A DNA stretch of 36,035 nt from Deltaproteobacteria bacterium (lineage in GTDB: Bacteria; Desulfobacterota; Desulfuromonadia; Desulfuromonadales; JAAYDE01), in contig JAFZPK010000125.1 of NCBI GenBank assembly GCA_017552515.1, positions 1-36,035 of the forward strand, given 5' to 3'. The notes under the pieces are model-generated. The model was not told where the DNA came from. It did no database searches and saw only the letters and a list, made by a program, of their open reading frames with translations. The translations under genes were made by a program, and so were the position numbers. Below are positions 32,009 through 36,035 of the stretch, piece by piece. Position 1 is the stretch's first letter. Each line of letters opens with the position of its first letter.

Positions 32009-33496
32009 ATGGGGAGCGCAATACTCTTTGCGGATTTGAAAATTTCCGGGCCTTTGCTGCGGGCGGTGGGTGATCTGGGCTATGTGGAACCGACGCCTAT
32101 TCAGCTTGAGGCAATTCCGGTGTTGTTGGCCGGGCGGGATTTGATAGGGCAGGCCCAAACCGGCACCGGCAAGACCGCGGCCTTTGCGTTGCCATTGCTG
32201 ATGCGGGTGGAGGCGGATCTGGGCGTTCCGCAGGTACTGGTACTGGCGCCGACCCGGGAGCTGGCGCTTCAGGTGGGCGGGGCCTTTCAGGATTATGCAA
32301 AGTATCTGGATGCCCTGCATGTGCTGACCATCTATGGTGGTCAGGCATACGGGCCACAGCTGCGCGGTCTGCGGCAGGGTGCGCAGATTGTGGTGGGGAC
32401 GCCAGGACGACTCATTGATCATCTGGAACGGGGCGCCCTGCGTCTTGACGCCTTGCGCACCCTTGTGCTGGACGAGGGCGACGAGATGCTGCGCATGGGC
32501 TTTATCGAGGATGTGGAAAAGATTCTGGCCGCTGCTCCCCCCAATTGTCAGAAGGCTTTGTTTTCCGCCACGATGCCGGCGCCAATTCGGGAAATCGCCT
32601 GGCGGCATCTGCATGATCCGGTGGAGATTCGTATTGCGTCCAAGACCGCAACGGTGGAGACGATCAGCCAGTACTACATTCTTCTGAAGGAGGAGCAGAA
32701 GCCCGAAGCTCTTTTGCGCCTGCTGGAGATGGAGGAGCAGCCGGCAGCGCTGATCTTCACCCGCACCAAGGCCGCGACGGTGGAGGTGGCAGAACATCTG
32801 CGCAAGGCGGGTTTTCTGTCTGCGGCGCTTAACGGCGACATGAGCCAGGAACTGCGGGAAAGCGCCATAACGCGCCTTCGCAGCGGCGAACTGAATATCG
32901 TGGTCGCGACCGATGTGGCGGCGCGCGGACTGGACGTGGAGCGCATCGGACTGGTGATTAACTATGACATACCTCTGGATGTGGAGCCCTATGTCCACCG
33001 GATCGGCAGGACCGGCCGCGCGGGGAGGAGCGGCAAGGCGTTTTTGTTTGTGACGCCGGGCGAAAGACGCTACCTGAAGATCATAGAACGGGTTACCGGC
33101 CAGCGCATTGAGGAGACGCGGGTGCCGCAGTCTTCGGATTTGGAGCGTAAGCGCACAGAACGTTTCCGGGCGCGGCTTGAGCAGTTGATGGCGCAAAAGG
33201 ATCTGAGCTTTTACCGCGCCACCTGTGAACGTCTGACCGAAGAAACCGGCCTGCTGCCGGAAGAGTTGGCCCCGGCTTTACTCTACATGGCGCAGGGTAC
33301 AAGGCCCCTGCGAGTGCCCAAAGGAGTCTTTGATCGGGCGCCTGTTCCGCCTCCTGCGCGCCCCAGAAGGAAGGTCCATCCTCCTCAAATGCAGAAGACA
33401 CAGGTAAACCGGAAAAAGGCCCACGGCTTCAAGGGGCAGGAAAGAAAGAAGGCTCCTTCTCACGGGCGATCGTCCAGGCCTGAGAGGGGCAAATGA
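32009..33496 (+). CDS. DEAD-box ATP-dependent RNA helicase
   Basis: Q motif 'PTPIQ', 'AQTGTGKT', 'PTRELA', 'TPGRL', motif II 'DEGD', 'SAT', 'ARGLD' and 'HRIGRTGRAG'. The C-terminal tail is basic. Confidence 0.9.
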   Translation: MGSAILFADLKISGPLLRAVGDLGYVEPTPIQLEAIPVLLAGRDLIGQAQTGTGKTAAFALPLLMRVEADLGVPQVLVLAPTRELALQVGGAFQDYAKYLDALHVLTIYGGQAYGPQLRGLRQGAQIVVGTPGRLIDHLERGALRLDALRTLVLDEGDEMLRMGFIEDVEKILAAAPPNCQKALFSATMPAPIREIAWRHLHDPVEIRIASKTATVETISQYYILLKEEQKPEALLRLLEMEEQPAALIFTRTKAATVEVAEHLRKAGFLSAALNGDMSQELRESAITRLRSGELNIVVATDVAARGLDVERIGLVINYDIPLDVEPYVHRIGRTGRAGRSGKAFLFVTPGERRYLKIIERVTGQRIEETRVPQSSDLERKRTERFRARLEQLMAQKDLSFYRATCERLTEETGLLPEELAPALLYMAQGTRPLRVPKGVFDRAPVPPPARPRRKVHPPQMQKTQVNRKKAHGFKGQERKKAPSHGRSSRPERGK

Positions 33497-34089
33497 GACT
33501 TTTCCCCTTTTTTCAGGATATTGAGGGCAAGAACTTCCTGGTGCTTGGAGGCGGTGCTGTGGCCGCGGAAAAGGTCAAGCGGCTGCAGGCCTTTACCGAT
33601 CGGATCGTGGTGATCGCCGAAAGGAGCGAGATTCTCGGTGTCAAGGTGCTGCGAAGGCCGTTTGAAGAGGCGGATCTTGCGCTGGCGGATTACTGCGTCT
33701 GCGCAACGGACGATGCGGAGCTGAATGCGCGTGTTGCCGGCCTGTGCGCCGAGCGTGGCATTCCGGTCAATGTTGTTGACAATCCGGCGCTGTGCGGTTT
33801 TGTGTTTCCCGCCCTGGTCAAACGCGGCGATCTGGTAATCGGCATCACGACGGCAGGCAAGAGTCCGGCCTATGCTTCCCTGCTGCGGGAGCAGATCGAA
33901 GCAATGCTTCCGGAAGGTGTTGAGACGGTACTTGAGCGTTTGGGCGGGATGCGCCGGTATGTGCAGCGGCGGGTGCCGGATCAGGCCAAAAGAAGAAGAA
34001 TCTGTCATTTGCTTCTGGACGCGCTTCTGGAAACACGGGGGGAGGCGGCGGAAGAGGTTTTGCTTGGGATTGTGGAGGACAATGAATAG
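33493..34089 (+). CDS. sirC: precorrin-2 dehydrogenase / sirohydrochlorin ferrochelatase (siroheme synthase N-terminal type)
   Basis: 198 aa with Rossmann 'FLVLGGGAVAAEK', 'GIPVNVVDNP' and 'ITTAGKSPAYA'. It overlaps the helicase stop. Confidence 0.8.
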   Translation: MRLFPFFQDIEGKNFLVLGGGAVAAEKVKRLQAFTDRIVVIAERSEILGVKVLRRPFEEADLALADYCVCATDDAELNARVAGLCAERGIPVNVVDNPALCGFVFPALVKRGDLVIGITTAGKSPAYASLLREQIEAMLPEGVETVLERLGGMRRYVQRRVPDQAKRRRICHLLLDALLETRGEAAEEVLLGIVEDNE

Positions 34090-34936
34090 GCTGCGGATTG
34101 CCACACGCGGATCCCGGCTTGCGTTGGCACAGACGAAAATCGTGGCGGACAAACTGACGGCTTTGGGCATTGCGAGCGAACCCCTTGTTGTGCTGACCAA
34201 AGGGGATCGCGATACACAGTCACCGCTGCCTGCAATCGGCGGGAACGGCCTTTTTGTCCGCGGCATCGAGGAGGCGCTTCTGTCGGGGCAGGCGGATATC
34301 GCCGTACACAGCGCCAAGGATCTGCCCTACGATCTGGCGGAGGGACTGCTGATCGGCGGCATTCCGCAGGCGCAGGACCCAAGGGAACGGTTGCTGACGC
34401 GGCGGGAACAACTGCCGCCCGGGCCGCGCATCGGTACTGACAGCCCCCGCAGGCGGGAGGCATTTCGCCGTCTCTGTCCGGATGTGTTTTTTTGTTCTCT
34501 GCGGGGAAATGTGCCGACGCGTGTGGAGAAACTCCGCCGGGGGGAATACGACGGCATCCTTCTGGCCCAGGTTGGTCTTCTTCGTCTGGGGCTGGATCTT
34601 TCGGGACTGCATGGACGGGTGCTGGAAATTGAAGAGCTGCTGCCCGCGCCCTGCCAGGGTATTTTGGCCGTGGAATGCCGGGCACAGGACACGAAGACGC
34701 GGGAACTTCTTGAGCGCATAACGGATCCGCTGGCCGCGCGGCGCTTTGCCGTTGAACGCTCTCTGTTTTGCGGGATGCGGGCCGGCTGCTCGGCGGCGGT
34801 CGGCGCCTATGCCGAAATTCGCGGCGATCGGCTCAGGGTTTATGGCTGCTTTGAGGGGAAATATGCCCGGGCGCAAGGCGCGTTTGCGGACTACAGGAGC
34901 CTCTGCGATGAGGTTAGAGACAGGATCTGGTGCTGA
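34082..34936 (+). CDS. hemC: hydroxymethylbilane synthase (porphobilinogen deaminase)
   Basis: 'LRIATRGSRLALAQT', 'GLFVRGIEEALLSGQADIAVHSAKDLP' and 'LRGNVPTRVEKL'. It overlaps sirC by 8 nt. Confidence 0.9.
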   Translation: MNRLRIATRGSRLALAQTKIVADKLTALGIASEPLVVLTKGDRDTQSPLPAIGGNGLFVRGIEEALLSGQADIAVHSAKDLPYDLAEGLLIGGIPQAQDPRERLLTRREQLPPGPRIGTDSPRRREAFRRLCPDVFFCSLRGNVPTRVEKLRRGEYDGILLAQVGLLRLGLDLSGLHGRVLEIEELLPAPCQGILAVECRAQDTKTRELLERITDPLAARRFAVERSLFCGMRAGCSAAVGAYAEIRGDRLRVYGCFEGKYARAQGAFADYRSLCDEVRDRIWC

Positions 34937-35792
34937 AAAACGAGGCTGTGTGCTGCTGGTCGGCGCCGGTCCGGGGCGCGGCGCTCTGACGCTGCGGGGC
35001 TTGCAGGCGATTCGGCGGGCGGACGTAATCTGCCATGACGATCTGATAGATCATGCCCTGCTTTCGTATGCGCCGCCTTCCTGCGAGATTGTTGCGGTGG
35101 GCAAGCGCCATGGCAGGCACAGCATGGAGCAGCAGGAGATCACGCGGCTGCTCATTTGCAAGGCCCGGGAAGGCCGCGTCGTGGTGCGCCTGAAGGGGGG
35201 CGACAGTTTTGTCTTCGGACGTGGCAGCGAGGAGGTATTGGCGCTTCGTGAAAACGGCATTGCCTACGAGGTGATTCCCGGGGTGAGTTCCGCGATCGCG
35301 GTACCGGAGGTTTTGGGCATTCCGGTAACGCACCGAGGCATGGCCGCGGCCTTTACGGTGGTGACCGGCCACGGGGCGGATGGCCGGAGTCTTGACTATG
35401 CGGCTCTGGCGCGGATGCCGGGCACGCTGATCTTTCTCATGGGGATGCATCATATCGGTGAGATAACCCGGCACCTCATAATGCACGGAAAGGCTCCGCG
35501 GACGCCCGCGGCCGTGTTGTGCCGGGGAATGATGGATGGAGCAAGGCGGATCGACGGTCCGCTGGAGCATATCGCCGCCCTGGCCCAGGACGCGCCGACG
35601 CCGGGGATTCTGCTTGTCGGCGAGGTGGCTGCCCTGCATATGGAGAAGACGCTGCAGCGGCCGCTGGAAGAATTTTGCGGCGATGTGTTCGGCAATCGTT
35701 TCAGCGGGAAATGGTCCCCCCAGCATGGCGAGCTTCGTCTGCGCAAGCGGCCAAAGGGAGTGCCCTTTTACCGGCGGTACCGGAGAGCTTGA
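34908..35792 (+). CDS. cobA: uroporphyrinogen-III C-methyltransferase (SUMT), stand-alone
   Basis: 'VLLVGAGPGRGALTLRGLQAIRRADVICHD', 'VVRLKGGDSFVFGRGSEE' and 'VIPGVSSAIAVP'. The start is at 34908, or alternatively a GTG at 34950. Confidence 0.85.
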   Translation: MRLETGSGAEKRGCVLLVGAGPGRGALTLRGLQAIRRADVICHDDLIDHALLSYAPPSCEIVAVGKRHGRHSMEQQEITRLLICKAREGRVVVRLKGGDSFVFGRGSEEVLALRENGIAYEVIPGVSSAIAVPEVLGIPVTHRGMAAAFTVVTGHGADGRSLDYAALARMPGTLIFLMGMHHIGEITRHLIMHGKAPRTPAAVLCRGMMDGARRIDGPLEHIAALAQDAPTPGILLVGEVAALHMEKTLQRPLEEFCGDVFGNRFSGKWSPQHGELRLRKRPKGVPFYRRYRRA

Positions 35793-35849
35793 GCCTGACA
35801 GGGTGCCTGCCGGGGGGGGAATCTTTGGAAAGAATTTTATGCTTTTGAG

Positions 35850-35879
35850 GCTGCATGTGGTTTCGTATGCAGCTTTTTT
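35850..35879 (+). terminator. intrinsic terminator of cobA
   Basis: gctgcat-N10-atgcagc followed by T6. Confidence 0.7.
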
Positions 35880-35924
35880 CATTGTTTTGCGGTGGTCTTG
35901 GATACCGTTTTTTGAAGAACAGGC

Positions 35925-35970
35925 AGAAAAAAACAAGGCCTCACAAGAGTTTTGAAATCTTGCGAGGCCT
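35925..35970 (-). terminator. terminator downstream of tRNA-Phe
   Basis: A 13-bp stem aggcctcacaaga/tcttgcgaggcct with one mismatch. On the minus strand it is followed by tgtttttttc. Confidence 0.6.
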
Positions 35971-35985
35971 TTTGGAAAACTTGGA

Positions 35986-36035
35986 TGGTGCCCAGGGACG
36001 GAATCGAACCATCGACACGAGGATTTTCAGTCCTC
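35986..36035 (-). tRNA. tRNA-Phe (anticodon GAA), 3' portion; truncated by the window edge
   Basis: The reverse complement reads GAGGA-CTGAAAA-TCCTC (anticodon arm), GATGG-TTCGATT-CCGTC (T arm), then CCTGGGC-A-CCA. Confidence 0.8.

Noticed and set aside
35640-35955. Hidden HemD domain or other gene after the SUMT domain, and a 38-aa ORF at 35838-35954
   Set aside because: No frame gives HemD-like sequence. The small ORF spans the cobA terminator hairpin and has no SD.

Overview
This is 36 kb of GC-rich bacterial chromosome (about 60% G+C by eye) with compact operons whose start and stop codons often overlap. The gene content fits a Desulfovibrionaceae-like anaerobe, but that is inference only: a sirC-hemC-cobA siroheme branch, a VKOR-type disulfide oxidoreductase, a LapG-type protease and many long antisense ORFs.

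Gene order, left to right:
- manC plus a two-domain glycosyltransferase.
- An acyl-CoA synthetase -> LpxL/LPLAT acyltransferase -> HIT operon on the minus strand.
- A tail-specific protease translationally coupled to an Sfp-type PPTase.
- A LapG-like BTLCP protease followed by a LapD-like transmembrane receptor. Its cytoplasmic module is a fully degenerate HD-GYP domain. This is the most interesting system here.
- A ~560-nt non-coding gap with two homologous hairpin/terminator modules, which are candidate tandem sRNAs.
- Orphan exported proteins.
- A ~4.4 kb patch of decayed, partly AT-rich accessory DNA abutting the 3' end of tRNA-Ser(CGA).
- tadA, an ACT-ACT-GlnE-type nucleotidyltransferase, hisI-hisG, an OmpR/HK pair, an NMO-family oxidoreductase, a C-N hydrolase, tlyA and hinT.
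- A short RelA/SpoT homologue coupled to a VKOR-thioredoxin fusion, and a DEAD-box helicase with a DEGD motif II.
- sirC-hemC-cobA and a truncated tRNA-Phe(GAA).

The accessory patch contains:
- a frameshifted CII-like regulator and a Fic C-terminal remnant;
- a Cys-less ArsR regulator followed by a signal-peptide protein built of 11/22-residue repeats;
- a nonsense-interrupted small HTH gene and a second partial copy of it;
- three tandem ~80-bp iteron-like repeats and a GC-rich triple-hairpin element;
- an AAA_14/DUF4143-type ATPase behind a 38-bp palindrome.

No CRISPR array, rRNA, integrase or transposase gene is visible. All calls rest on motif reading by eye; no database search was possible.
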